IMG/VR virus record: IMGVR_UViG_3300031867_000013
Coordinates: 32,001-96,000 of that record
Origin: a virus
Lineage: Duplodnaviria; Caudoviricetes
DNA: 64,000 nt
Strand: one strand, 5' to 3'
Part shown: positions 38,406-48,934 of the stretch, in pieces
Layout of the letters: each line of letters opens with the position of its first letter
Position numbering within the stretch: position 1 is the first letter of the stretch
The notes under the pieces: generated by a model
What the model saw: the letters and a program-made list of their open reading frames with translations, nothing else
Told to the model about the DNA's origin: nothing
Databases searched by the model: none
Position numbers and translations under genes: made by a program

Positions 38406-38669
38406 TTATACTGTATAAACTTTATAATCTTTATTATAAAAGAAATTTTTATATCCGTGTTTATTCATCCATTTATGAATCCAAAACCATACATAATTAG
38501 GAATTGAAACATAATATAAATGTTCTACATAAAATGTTTTATCATTTTCATTTGCTTGTATAAATATCATTTCTTCTTCTAAATAAGATATAACAGCACG
38601 ACGGATTTTTGTTTCATGTTTTTCCTGTTCTTTTTCAAGCATTTTCAATATGTTCATTGAAATATCCAT
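38406..38669 (-). CDS. Hypothetical protein
   Basis: Start re-called after AAGGAGATG. Confidence 0.5.
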   Translation of the reverse strand: MDISMNILKMLEKEQEKHETKIRRAVISYLEEEMIFIQANENDKTFYVEHLYYVSIPNYVWFWIHKWMNKHGYKNFFYNKDYKVYTV

Positions 38670-39009
38670 TAAATCATCTCCTTTTTCATTTTGTACTTGC
38701 ATTATATCATATAATAATCTGTTTGTCAATACATAAAATAAAAAGGGACGTTATATTTCAAACATCCCTTTATATGTAATATAGTCTATATACATGGACA
38801 GTATTTTTATTATACTAATATAGACTATAAAACATCTTATATATCTACTTCAATATGACCATATCGTGTTAATGGTTTTTGTCTTTTCTTTATTTCTTCT
38901 ATATAATAATGCTGAAACATAAAATCCTGCTTATGTTTATTATATTCTATTTCAGCTTTTATAGGAAGAATAGGCTCAATAGGTTTTATTTGTGGTATAT
39001 CTTTTTGTT

Positions 39010-39187
39010 TCAATAAAAATCATCCTCTGTAAAAATAATTCCATTATATTCATTATATACTTCTTCATCACTAATAATGTTGTCTGCTTGTGCTAAAGAT
39101 AACCAATCTGTAGTGGTATCTCTATCGCACAAAATAGATTGTTTCAAGCAAATCATTTGTTCCCGATTCAATTCATGTACACTCATA
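39010..39187 (-). CDS. Small acidic hypothetical protein
   Basis: 'MSVHELNREQM..LKQ...F..DDF'. Confidence 0.5.
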
Positions 39188-39289
39188 TTGTATTCTCCTT
39201 TACAATTTGATATATACAGCATATCATATTTTTATAAGTTTGTCAAGAGAAAATTTAAAAAAGGACGTATAAAAACGTCCTTTTTATTT

Positions 39290-39619
39290 TTATGCAGTTT
39301 TCTTTTTCTCTTTGGGCTTGAAAATCAAATCAATACCATGAGAAGTATTTGCAAATTCAAAACTTCCCTTGTCTTTATTATGCTCAAAATCATATACATC
39401 ATAACCACTTGCATAGGCTTTAGCTTCATTTGCGCGTACTTGTTCGTCAATTCGCTTATAATGTGCTTTCAGCTTCACATAAGGCAACATAGACATTTTA
39501 CGCTCTTTTGCAGTTTGTTCTACAAAAAATCCTGCATCTTTTGAAGGAAAACTATATACTTCTCCTGTGTTTTCATTTCCTTTGTAAACTTTGCCAAGAA
39601 TATCTTTTACTTGTGCCAT
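39290..39619 (-). CDS. Hypothetical protein
   Basis: AAGGAG RBS, terminator downstream. Confidence 0.55.
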   Translation of the reverse strand: MAQVKDILGKVYKGNENTGEVYSFPSKDAGFFVEQTAKERKMSMLPYVKLKAHYKRIDEQVRANEAKAYASGYDVYDFEHNKDKGSFEFANTSHGIDLIFKPKEKKKTA

Positions 39620-39649
39620 AATATTATATCTCCTTTTAATGTTTTATAA

Positions 39650-39907
39650 TTATACTAATGAATTAAATTCTTCCACAAGTTTAGCTTTATATGCTTCAAG
39701 TATTTCTTTGATTCGATTATACATACGCTGTTCAATTTCTTGTACTTTATCATTAGCGTCAGATATTTCTGCTGAACATCTAATAACATCATACATTCCT
39801 ACACCAATAGTGATAGTATTATCCATTGAAATTCCTTCCAATAGATTGTTTACTGCATCAATCTTTTGCTGTAAACTATTAGCTTTATTGAGTTTATCTT
39901 CTGTCAA
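39650..39907 (-). CDS. Hypothetical protein
   Basis: AAGGAG RBS, TTG start. Confidence 0.5.
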   Translation of the reverse strand: MTEDKLNKANSLQQKIDAVNNLLEGISMDNTITIGVGMYDVIRCSAEISDANDKVQEIEQRMYNRIKEILEAYKAKLVEEFNSLV

Positions 39908-40082
39908 TATATATCACTCCTTTATATTTTATTGTCTATATTTATTTACAGGTTTTTTATTATTATGTAACGATACACCAACATCATATATTGCGTCTAC
40001 TGCTATCACACAAGCGTATATAACAGTACCAATTAAACATATTACAGGCAAAACAAAGAGAAGGAAAATCAAAGCAACCATG

Positions 40083-40322
40083 TTATGCTACCTCCTTATG
40101 ATTGTATTCTTTATCATACATATCATAAAGACGTTTCAATGCTTTCATAAATGTTTCTTGCTTTGACACTTTTTGTCCTGCATTATGGATATATGCTTTT
40201 CCGTTTTCAATATCAATAGTAAATTTTGTGTTTTCCTTAATATCGAGAATTTCGCAATAGGCTTTATTATTCCCTTTGTTCTCAAAACCTAACCTAAAAT
40301 TCCCGAACATGATACGCTTCAT
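40083..40322 (-). CDS. Hypothetical protein
   Basis: AAGGAGATGT RBS. Confidence 0.55.
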   Translation of the reverse strand: MKRIMFGNFRLGFENKGNNKAYCEILDIKENTKFTIDIENGKAYIHNAGQKVSKQETFMKALKRLYDMYDKEYNHKEVA

Positions 40323-40452
40323 AACAACATCTCCTTAATATTATTATGTGCTTTCCCCTACACACATATAACGAAATTCATCCTACTTTCCTTAGAAGGG
40401 AAAGTATCGTTATCCTTTTATGCACTTATTATATCACGAAATTTTTAGTTTG

Positions 40453-40869
40453 TCAAGAAAAATATGTTTCCCTGTCATAATCCTGCCATCCCATACTTTC
40501 CTGCAATTCTTCCAATGCTTCAATCAAATCTTTTGTTGTCATACCATCTTCCCAAACATTCCAAATCAAATCACAAGTAACTTCAATAGTAACAATGACT
40601 TGAAACGCTTCGGGCGAAGAAAAAGGATTCAATGCTTCTCCTGTTTCACGTTGATATTCTTCTACTACTTCATCCAAATCATCAAAATGGTTTTTAATCC
40701 ATTCTTTTGATTTCCATGTATTACAAGTAATACTACCATTTATGTTTTCTGTTTCCCATAAGGTAAAAGCAACATCTCTAGGATTGTCCTCAATTTCAGT
40801 ATCACTAGAAACATAGTCATTAAGTTTGCTCAAAATATCCTGCAAAATTTCAGCTTTCAAAGTGTTCAT
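40453..40869 (-). CDS. Highly acidic protein, candidate DNA mimic
   Basis: 32 D/E vs 9 K/R in 138 aa (manual count); own promoter in early region. Confidence 0.4.
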   Translation of the reverse strand: MNTLKAEILQDILSKLNDYVSSDTEIEDNPRDVAFTLWETENINGSITCNTWKSKEWIKNHFDDLDEVVEEYQRETGEALNPFSSPEAFQVIVTIEVTCDLIWNVWEDGMTTKDLIEALEELQESMGWQDYDRETYFS

Positions 40870-40925
40870 ATTTATCTCTCCTTTTCAATTTTGTAAACAC
40901 ATTATAACAGAGAATTTATTATTTG

Positions 40926-41192
40926 TCAAGACAAATTTTCGCTTCTTATAAAATTATAGTTTTCAAAATATCTCTTTTCTTTAGGATAAACTGCAATACA
41001 ATTTCCATTTCCTTTATCCATAGCCTTTTCTATTGCTAAAATATAAGCATTTATATCCAATAAAAAACCTGCAATTTCATTATTATTTAAATCAAATACT
41101 CCATAATATAGGCTTTCTTTTTTACTTATAACTTGTTTTACATAATATACTTCTTTATTGTTTGCATATACACTTAAAAGTTTATCTTTCAT
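40926..41192 (-). CDS. Hypothetical protein
   Basis: Start re-called after GGAGATGT. Confidence 0.45.
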   Translation of the reverse strand: MKDKLLSVYANNKEVYYVKQVISKKESLYYGVFDLNNNEIAGFLLDINAYILAIEKAMDKGNGNCIAVYPKEKRYFENYNFIRSENLS

Positions 41193-41217
41193 GTAAAACA
41201 TCTCCATATATTTATTT

Positions 41218-41472
41218 TTACAATATATCACCAAATCTATTGATAATAAATACTTTATTTCTTCCAACTTGAATACATGATAATCCACAACTATAATCTT
41301 TTTCGCTAAAAATATAATTTATATCTGTTATTCTTTTATTATTGATTTTAATTCCACCCCTTGACAATAGCATATAGGTTTCTCCCATGCCCGTTGTTAA
41401 GTGGTTTCCATCTGTAGTAATTTCATGACATAAAATCTCGTCAAGACGTTTTCCTATAAGTCTATTGTTCAT
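41218..41472 (-). CDS. Stand-alone S4-like RNA-binding domain (TyrRS C-terminal-like)
   Basis: 'RLDEIL...ETYMLLSRGGIKINNKRITD...IQVGRNK'. Confidence 0.55.
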   Translation of the reverse strand: MNNRLIGKRLDEILCHEITTDGNHLTTGMGETYMLLSRGGIKINNKRITDINYIFSEKDYSCGLSCIQVGRNKVFIINRFGDIL

Positions 41473-41564
41473 ATAAAACATCTCCTTCAAATAAAAATGT
41501 GGTATAACGCTCCTTTAATTTGTCTGCATTATACCACATGATTTCTTTTTTGTCAACACACAAA

Positions 41565-42080
41565 TTATTTAATTGTAATAAAATATAATAGAAGTTTTTT
41601 AGCAATCCGTGAAGTGATTTTTCCTGTCAGTACCATATTTATCAGCTTTCCCGATATATTTTTATATTTTCTATTCTGATAATTGTAATACAAAGCATAT
41701 AAAAAGCTAACTATTTCATTATCTTCTATTTCTTTTATAATAGAAATATCATCATAGAATATATTTGCTTTATCTTTAATAGATAATATATTCCTTGACA
41801 TATCAATCATTTTTGACTTTATATATTTATATACGGAAGTCTTTTTGTCTATGTTTTCTATAATACAATATATTTCCTTATCTTGTGCTTTATGCTCCAA
41901 TAATATACAATCTTCTTTGTCTTTTAATTCTTTAGGATTATAAATAAAATATACTATATCATTATTATTTGTATCAAATAATCCAATAGGTTTATTTATA
42001 TATTCTATAATGTCTACATATGTGCCTATATTATATTGTGCTTGAATGTCTTTAATATCTCCACATATATAATGTACCAT
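41565..42080 (-). CDS. Putative clamp-loader accessory subunit (delta-like)
   Basis: Synteny with DnaX-like gene; weak similarity. Confidence 0.35.
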   Translation of the reverse strand: MVHYICGDIKDIQAQYNIGTYVDIIEYINKPIGLFDTNNNDIVYFIYNPKELKDKEDCILLEHKAQDKEIYCIIENIDKKTSVYKYIKSKMIDMSRNILSIKDKANIFYDDISIIKEIEDNEIVSFLYALYYNYQNRKYKNISGKLINMVLTGKITSRIAKKLLLYFITIK

Positions 42081-42605
42081 TTATAATACTTCCTTTAACC
42101 TATATTTTAATTCATCTTGAAGAATATTATTTGTACTTAATTGAATGTCTTTTATAATGTCATTTATTTTTAATAAAGCATTATAATGTTTTGTATCTTT
42201 CATCAATGTCTCGCATAAAGCACATAAAAATCCTATTGTAATTTCTTTTGGAACAATCTTTTTTTGCATAAATGCCGCTATTTCTTCCGAATAAATAGGT
42301 AGAATACGTTTTGTATTGCACCTTGATATGATTGCTTGCTTTATGTCGTGTTTGTCGCTTACAAGAATTATACAGAGGTCACTTTTTTCCAAAATTGGCA
42401 AAAGTGCGTCAAAAATAGGTACTTTAGAAACATCACACATAAATACTACACCATGTATATGTTCTTTAGCTAATTCCACAAGTGTATCTACACCTTTTCT
42501 ATCTCCATTAAAACTATAAAAATCTATTTGTAATTCTTTAGCTTTATTTTTAGCATATTGATATATTGTATCATAATCATCTGTAATGTACAATTCTGAT
42601 TGCAT
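42081..42605 (-). CDS. Putative clamp-loader subunit (delta-prime-like)
   Basis: 'ALLPILE...IILVS...AIISRC' SRC motif. Confidence 0.5.
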   Translation of the reverse strand: MQSELYITDDYDTIYQYAKNKAKELQIDFYSFNGDRKGVDTLVELAKEHIHGVVFMCDVSKVPIFDALLPILEKSDLCIILVSDKHDIKQAIISRCNTKRILPIYSEEIAAFMQKKIVPKEITIGFLCALCETLMKDTKHYNALLKINDIIKDIQLSTNNILQDELKYRLKEVL

Positions 42606-42608
42606 ATA

Positions 42609-43133
42609 TTATTCACCCACTGTTGGTTCTTCTATTGGTTCTTCTATTGGTTCTGATGGCTCTACAGGCTCACTTGGTTCTATAGGTTCTTCGGGTTCTA
42701 CAGGATTACTTGGTTCTATATATTCTCTAATATATCTCCATACTTTATTTTCTTCATCATACTTATATATAAGTATAGCGGCTATACGTTCCCATGTTGG
42801 TTCTAAATGATAATTTATAAGCCAAGATGTTAATGCTTTCTTGTATTCACTCAAAGCATAAGAAAAATAATTATAAGCATCACTATCAATATATTTAAGA
42901 TAATCTTTTGCTTCTTCTCCATATGTTTCTTTTGTATGCTTTTTAATAAGTTCTAATATATCTGCTTCGCATAAAGGATTTATAATACTCTTTGCATCTA
43001 TATGTATGGTACGATACACCTTAAATTCATCTGTAATGTTATTTGCTATCATATATTGTATCATATCATTTACTGCTTCTTGTAATGTATTATATCTTTG
43101 TGTTACATAATCATTGTATTCTGCATAGTACAT
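42609..43133 (-). CDS. Hypothetical protein with C-terminal Glu-Pro repeats
   Basis: EPSNPVEPEEPIEPSEP... Confidence 0.55.
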   Translation of the reverse strand: MYYAEYNDYVTQRYNTLQEAVNDMIQYMIANNITDEFKVYRTIHIDAKSIINPLCEADILELIKKHTKETYGEEAKDYLKYIDSDAYNYFSYALSEYKKALTSWLINYHLEPTWERIAAILIYKYDEENKVWRYIREYIEPSNPVEPEEPIEPSEPVEPSEPIEEPIEEPTVGE

Positions 43134-43137
43134 ACTA

Positions 43138-44145
43138 TCACGCTCCTATAATTTTTAATATAGTTGCAATAAATAGCTGTCTGATAATAGGGCTGTTCTT
43201 ACCTTCATATTGCAAGTTTAATAATTCATCTCTTAATGTTGTTATAATGTCCTTATCTTCCTTTGTAAATCCTTTTAATTCTCCTTCGCAAGCAGAAGGA
43301 ATATCAATTAAATCTAAATTTTGTACATTGAAATATATAGAAACATCAATAATAAAACTAAAAAAGTCTTGAATGTATGATTCATCTATTGTCTTTGTAC
43401 TGTCTATAATTCTTTTTGTATCTTTGTCGCAAATAGCATACAATAAATTGAAATAACTATCATATGTCCCACAACCAAAGTATTTATATGTAGCTTCTTC
43501 TGTTAGGTTTCCATTGTTGATTACATCTAAATATGTAATTGCTTGACGCATACCACCCTTTGCGGCTTTTACAATTCTATGTAATGCATTTGCTTCATAT
43601 TTAATATTCTCTTGTTCACAAATATATTTAAGTCTATTATAGATTCCTTCATAAGAAATAGGTGCAAACATATAAGTTTCACATCTACTCTTAATTGTAT
43701 CTATAATTTTATCTCCTTCTGTAGTACACAATATAAATATACAATGTTTAGGAGGTTCTTCTAATGTCTTTAATAATACTTGTGCCGCCATACTATCTTT
43801 TCTTGACATAGCGGCTTGTACTTCATCAAGTATAACTACATAATAATCATACCCAATAGGTTTATTAGAAATATTATCAATAAGATTTCTCATATCTTCT
43901 GCTGTACCATGACTTGCCATGTCAAGTTCTAATACATAAGCATTTAATGAATGTGCAAATATACGGGAAATTGTGGTTTTGGAAATACCAGCTTGTCCTA
44001 TAAATAAATAAGCATTTTTTAATTTGTTTTCTTTTATTTCTTCCTGTAGCTTATTCTTTACTTCATCTTGCTCTACTATATCTTCAAATGTATTAGGTCT
44101 ATATTTCTGTGCTAATGTCACCAAAAACATCTCCTTATTGTCCAT
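43138..44145 (-). CDS. dnaX: Clamp loader ATPase (DNA Pol III gamma/tau-like)
   Basis: 'LAQKYRP.TF', 'AYLFIG..GISKTT', 'ILDEVQ', 'LLKTLEEPP', 'TIKSRC', 'GGMR'. Confidence 0.85.
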   Translation of the reverse strand: MDNKEMFLVTLAQKYRPNTFEDIVEQDEVKNKLQEEIKENKLKNAYLFIGQAGISKTTISRIFAHSLNAYVLELDMASHGTAEDMRNLIDNISNKPIGYDYYVVILDEVQAAMSRKDSMAAQVLLKTLEEPPKHCIFILCTTEGDKIIDTIKSRCETYMFAPISYEGIYNRLKYICEQENIKYEANALHRIVKAAKGGMRQAITYLDVINNGNLTEEATYKYFGCGTYDSYFNLLYAICDKDTKRIIDSTKTIDESYIQDFFSFIIDVSIYFNVQNLDLIDIPSACEGELKGFTKEDKDIITTLRDELLNLQYEGKNSPIIRQLFIATILKIIGA

Positions 44146-44260
44146 AGATATTGTACATAAAAGTATATAGCCGCATAATTCGCGGCTAATATCATTAAAA
44201 TATATTCAAACATTGTTTATCACACCTTATGTTTTCATTTGTATTTCTCCTTATTATACA

Positions 44261-46468
44261 CTATTTTTCTTGATATGTCAAGTTTAACGTGTCAATATGT
44301 TCACATATAGCTATATATGCCTCTTCTATTGTGTCACGGTCATATACTTGTTCATATCTCTTTTCAAACTTATACTTATCGGGCTTTTTAATTTCATGGT
44401 TTCCTGCTTTTTGTTTAATTGTAGTATAATAATCTTTTTGTGTCCTAATGAACTTTAATTTCTCAAACTCATAGGTTTTTAACTTAAACATATGATTATT
44501 TTTATCTACAGTGACAAAACCTTCAAAACCAATATGAGATTTAAGTGTATCAATATCATCTGTAAAAAAGTCTATTGTCTCATATTTGCACACATATTCT
44601 TTTACTTGTACACCATTAAAAAATGTTTGTGCAATATGATTTAATACAGAATATCGTTCATTACTATATTCAATAGTATTATGCACAACTTCAAGAAGAA
44701 TACACATATCTTCTTTATATTTAATTAAATGTTCATCTTCTTTTGGTGCAATACATTCAAATACTAATGAAAAATTATATTCTTTAAGATGCCTTTTTAA
44801 TTCTTGTTCATCTTTAATTAAAGGTCTAATTTTACTCTCAAAAAGATTAGCATAATCTCCATAAGGTGCAATAGTAGATTTAGAACAGAAAACAAGATTA
44901 TCTGTTTCTTCATCATATCCTATAATACCCAAAAATCCATCGTATTTTTTGTATAAACTTATTGGTGCTTCAAATTTATCTATTGTAGAACATTCATGTT
45001 GTCCTAAATTAAAAAATTTATTATATGAACGTGCTACAATTTTATTTGTATGTGTATTGATAAATAGTCCTCTTGCACGAACGTCAATACCGTCCCAAAT
45101 ATCATCATAAAATGCTTCTTTGGTGAAATTAAAAGAACTAATATGTCCAAATTCATGCTCATTAACATATTTACTATGTCGCATAGCACCTACCATAGTT
45201 TCTACACTATCAATAGGAAATCTATGAGGATATTTTGCTATAGCATGATATAATCCTTCTTTACTGAAAACTTTATTATATTCATATATTTCTTCCATAG
45301 CAATAGTATTTTCATATTTATACATTTTTAATGCTTTTAATGTACCACCATATTCGGGAAAACCACATACATTATAACACATATCATTAATCTTAATAGG
45401 TACATCATTATTATTTCTATGCCCAAAGATTTGAATTTCATCTATATGTGCAAGTTTATTATGTGTTCTATAGAATCCACATACTTTATCCATTTCTTCA
45501 TAAGTACCTATTCCTTTGGTAAAATATACTTCGGGTGTCATAATATTAATATTACTGTTAGATACTCCTGCATGAGACACCAATACATAATTTTCATTAT
45601 AATAAAATCTTACACAAGGAATAAGTTTCTTACAAAATGATTCTATATCTTTATCAGTAATATTATTATCATGAAATTGTTTTAATGTTTCATTACCAAA
45701 TCTGCTTCTTGATACATCTTTTCCCCAAATATAATCAAACATACGAAGTTCATGGTTTCCAATACAACAAAATACATTAGGATTATCCATAATACTATAT
45801 ATTTTATTAAATACTTCTACATTTTGTATTCCACGGTCAAAATAATCTCCAACAAATATTACTGCATCTGTATTCATATTTACACGATTGATAATATTTT
45901 TTAATGGCTCATAGCAACCATGAATGTCACCAATAATCCATATATTTTCATATTTATTAAAATCAATAGGATTATATTTAGAATACACATCATTTATAAA
46001 TTCATCAGAATTTATTTGTCGAATACTATTAGGCAATTCTTCTTTCTTATGTGCCATTTCTTTTATTACTTCGGGAGAAACATAAGAATATGTATTTATG
46101 CGCTTTTTATTATTTTCTAAACAAGTAGGAATATCTGCATTAAAATTAACCACACAAAATTTATAGAAATACTTTTTGCATAGTTTTCTATATTCAAGAA
46201 TATGGTCTTTATGCATATGTGTAGCATCTACAATAGTAAATTCTCCACGTTCCATACGATATTCTAAATCTTCTTTTAGCCGTTTCCATGCTCTGCCCGA
46301 AACATCTTGTGGAATAGATAAATGCCCCTCTGTATCATAAATAATAGAACCACAAATAAGCCTATACTTATCAGAAGATAATGTATAAGCATTAAGATAT
46401 TTATATTGTTCTATAAAATAGCTTTTTCCTGCTCCACTTAATCCGCACAAAACATAAAGGTATCTCAT
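44261..46468 (-). CDS. Polynucleotide kinase / phosphoesterase / RNA ligase fusion (RNA repair)
   Basis: P-loop 'GLSGAGKS'; metallophosphoesterase 'GDIHG', 'GDYFDRG', 'GNHE'; ligase 'ARGLF', 'KFFN', 'KYDG', 'EGFV', 'FKLK'. Confidence 0.85.
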   Translation of the reverse strand: MRYLYVLCGLSGAGKSYFIEQYKYLNAYTLSSDKYRLICGSIIYDTEGHLSIPQDVSGRAWKRLKEDLEYRMERGEFTIVDATHMHKDHILEYRKLCKKYFYKFCVVNFNADIPTCLENNKKRINTYSYVSPEVIKEMAHKKEELPNSIRQINSDEFINDVYSKYNPIDFNKYENIWIIGDIHGCYEPLKNIINRVNMNTDAVIFVGDYFDRGIQNVEVFNKIYSIMDNPNVFCCIGNHELRMFDYIWGKDVSRSRFGNETLKQFHDNNITDKDIESFCKKLIPCVRFYYNENYVLVSHAGVSNSNINIMTPEVYFTKGIGTYEEMDKVCGFYRTHNKLAHIDEIQIFGHRNNNDVPIKINDMCYNVCGFPEYGGTLKALKMYKYENTIAMEEIYEYNKVFSKEGLYHAIAKYPHRFPIDSVETMVGAMRHSKYVNEHEFGHISSFNFTKEAFYDDIWDGIDVRARGLFINTHTNKIVARSYNKFFNLGQHECSTIDKFEAPISLYKKYDGFLGIIGYDEETDNLVFCSKSTIAPYGDYANLFESKIRPLIKDEQELKRHLKEYNFSLVFECIAPKEDEHLIKYKEDMCILLEVVHNTIEYSNERYSVLNHIAQTFFNGVQVKEYVCKYETIDFFTDDIDTLKSHIGFEGFVTVDKNNHMFKLKTYEFEKLKFIRTQKDYYTTIKQKAGNHEIKKPDKYKFEKRYEQVYDRDTIEEAYIAICEHIDTLNLTYQEK

Positions 46469-46731
46469 ATTGTATCTCCTTCAAAACCATCTAATCTTAT
46501 TTTCTTAATAATATCTACTGATTGTTCTCTATGATATACATCACTAAATTTTTGTGCTAATTCTTCTTGTGCTTTATCTATAGAATCAATTATATGTTGT
46601 GGAAATTCTTTACCGTATTGTTTAATCAAATGTTCTTTTGTAGACGTAAATAATGCCGCAATAAGAGAAACATATTCATCTTGTGTTAGTTCTAATGTAT
46701 ATGTAGGTGTCATATGAGTATGTACATTCAT
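46465..46731 (-). CDS. Hypothetical protein, PTYTLEL paralog family
   Basis: 'TPTYTLELTQDEYVSLIAAL'. Confidence 0.5.
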   Translation of the reverse strand: MNVHTHMTPTYTLELTQDEYVSLIAALFTSTKEHLIKQYGKEFPQHIIDSIDKAQEELAQKFSDVYHREQSVDIIKKIRLDGFEGDTI

Positions 46732-46920
46732 TGTTATATCTCCTTTAATTAATCTTATACAAACTTGTATCAATACTATAATTCTTTGTATACATAATGG
46801 CTTCTTTAATAATAAAAATAAAGTTCATAGCTTTTTCTCCTTTTTCTTTTAAGTATAGCACACAAAAAGTTATGTGTCAATCTTTTTCTGTTAAAATTGT
46901 CTTTCTTATGGCGTTCCAAT

Positions 46921-47598
46921 CTAATTTTTTACAAGTGTTGATAGCGTTTTTTCAATACTCCACCTATATAAAAATAATCTTGATTTTAACGTATTATAAT
47001 TTATTCCTAATTTTTCCGACCACTGTTTTAAATTATGTGTTTCTCCATTATAAGTTAATAATTTATTGTTTCTTTTATTATTACATTGTTCTTTTCTTGT
47101 TGCCCAACGACAATTTTCTTTACAATAGTCTCCATTAACATCTATACGGTCAATAGAAGTATCTTTACCATATTTATCAATATGCTCTAAATAACTTTCA
47201 TACATATCATTCTTAAAATCTTCATAGGTTTCCCATAAACATTTTATTCCTCTACCACCATAATCTTTATATCTTTTATCTTTACTATTATTACATCTGT
47301 TTTTAATATTCATATATAGTCTATAAAATTTAGTTTTTGTGTCTCCATGTTTAATTTTACTTTCTATAATTTTCTTTCCTTTTTGACAACCACAAGACGT
47401 TGTATGTCCTTCTGCTTTAAGATTACTCATATGAACTTTAACAATTTTACCACAACCATGACATTTACATACACAAATATGCCTATGTTGAGATTTTGTA
47501 TAATCCATATAATCATATAAAACTTCTAAAAATCCTACTTTTAAACCTTTCAAACTATTAAATTGATTCTTTTTTCTTTCTTCTATGTTTATATTCAT
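46921..47598 (-). CDS. HNH-type homing endonuclease-like protein
   Basis: 'CKCHGCG..SCGC', 'YGGRGIK', 'SIDRIDVNGDYCKENCRWAT'. Confidence 0.75.
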   Translation of the reverse strand: MNINIEERKKNQFNSLKGLKVGFLEVLYDYMDYTKSQHRHICVCKCHGCGKIVKVHMSNLKAEGHTTSCGCQKGKKIIESKIKHGDTKTKFYRLYMNIKNRCNNSKDKRYKDYGGRGIKCLWETYEDFKNDMYESYLEHIDKYGKDTSIDRIDVNGDYCKENCRWATRKEQCNNKRNNKLLTYNGETHNLKQWSEKLGINYNTLKSRLFLYRWSIEKTLSTLVKN

Positions 47599-47993
47599 AT
47601 ATCCACTTCCTGTAATATAAATTTTTTTATTCTTTTCCAATCTAATTTATGTGGGTGTATTCCATATGCTTTATCGTCTATATATAAACTTGTACTAATT
47701 TTAGTAGATATTTGTGCATCTGGATGGTCTTTTAACCATGCTTGATTTATTTCATCTGTATTTTTATTTACAGCATCAAATTCTAAACCATATTTCTTTA
47801 ATTCATCTACAACAATATCAACATCAATTCCACTTCTACAAGTCCATAAAATGCATACTCCACCTTTAGCCTTATATTCATTCAATACTTTTATAGGGTA
47901 CTTAAATACTTTAGTAATTTTAGGATAATCCCTATGACTACTATATCCTAATGTACCATCAAAATCTACTGCTATACTTGGGTATTTTAACAT
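47595..47993 (-). CDS. HAD-superfamily hydrolase
   Basis: 'IAVDFDGTL', 'LWTCR', 'YIDDKA'. Confidence 0.8.
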   Translation of the reverse strand: MLKYPSIAVDFDGTLGYSSHRDYPKITKVFKYPIKVLNEYKAKGGVCILWTCRSGIDVDIVVDELKKYGLEFDAVNKNTDEINQAWLKDHPDAQISTKISTSLYIDDKAYGIHPHKLDWKRIKKFILQEVDI

Positions 47994-48049
47994 ATATAAA
48001 TCTCCTTATTAGTAATAATGGGACAACATAAAGCTGTCCCATTTATATA

Positions 48050-48505
48050 TTATTCTACTTCCATTGTTTTAGGATTATATTGCACTACAATAGGATTATT
48101 ATTTGTCAGCACAAACTTTGCATCTACTTCTTTCCCGTATAACTTTTCTGCAATTTTATGTGCTGTATGCATATAAACATTATCAAGTCTATGTGCAAGT
48201 TCACGCATAATATCATTTTTAAGTACAATAAAACTACGATTTAGGCGATTCCTTGCAATTTCCATTCCCTTTTCTTCTTCCCATGTATCTTCCTTGTGGC
48301 AACGTGCAATACCACATAAAATAAATCGTCCTTGCTTTTCATATTTATCAAGAATCTTATCAATGTCAATATCAATATTTACAATGCTATTGCAGTCAAT
48401 AATCTTATTTAGCATACGGTCAAGAGAATCCCTTACGTCTAGTTCTCCATTAGTATACATAGCTGTGACTACAAGACGATTTTTATCAATTCCATACTTT
48501 ACCAT
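48050..48505 (-). CDS. Hypothetical phage protein
   Basis: 'GIARCHKEDTW...GMEIARNR'. Confidence 0.55.
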   Translation of the reverse strand: MVKYGIDKNRLVVTAMYTNGELDVRDSLDRMLNKIIDCNSIVNIDIDIDKILDKYEKQGRFILCGIARCHKEDTWEEEKGMEIARNRLNRSFIVLKNDIMRELAHRLDNVYMHTAHKIAEKLYGKEVDAKFVLTNNNPIVVQYNPKTMEVE

Positions 48506-48568
48506 AAATGTTTCCTCTTTTCTGTGTAATATTTATAATGTTTCTTATATAAGTTTTATATTACACAT

Positions 48569-48934
48569 TCATAAGCAATCACCTTCCATATATTCTAAAA
48601 GTTTCTTAAATAGTTTTTCATCTATAACATAGTAGTTAGGTGAATTTGGTGCAAATTGAAAAGCTAATGCACAATATGGTTTACCTAACTGCATACGTTC
48701 TAAATTATTTTTTATTATCCATTCTTTCTTTATACTGAAAGATTCTTTAGGCTTCATAGTTGTTTTTGCTTCTATCAAAAAATCATTAGTAGTAATGTCA
48801 CCGCAATTAAATCGTGATGCACCAGAATTACTTGTAGTTTTACCACTTATAGATTTAGCTATATTATTCTCTTGTACTGCGCTAAAATAACGTGTAGCAC
48901 TATGATTCTTTGGTACTTTAGACATATATATCAA
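48569..48934 (-). CDS. PD-(D/E)XK Holliday-junction-resolvase-like nuclease
   Basis: 'SGA..F.CGDI...FLIEAKT'. Confidence 0.65.
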   Translation of the reverse strand: MIYMSKVPKNHSATRYFSAVQENNIAKSISGKTTSNSGASRFNCGDITTNDFLIEAKTTMKPKESFSIKKEWIIKNNLERMQLGKPYCALAFQFAPNSPNYYVIDEKLFKKLLEYMEGDCL

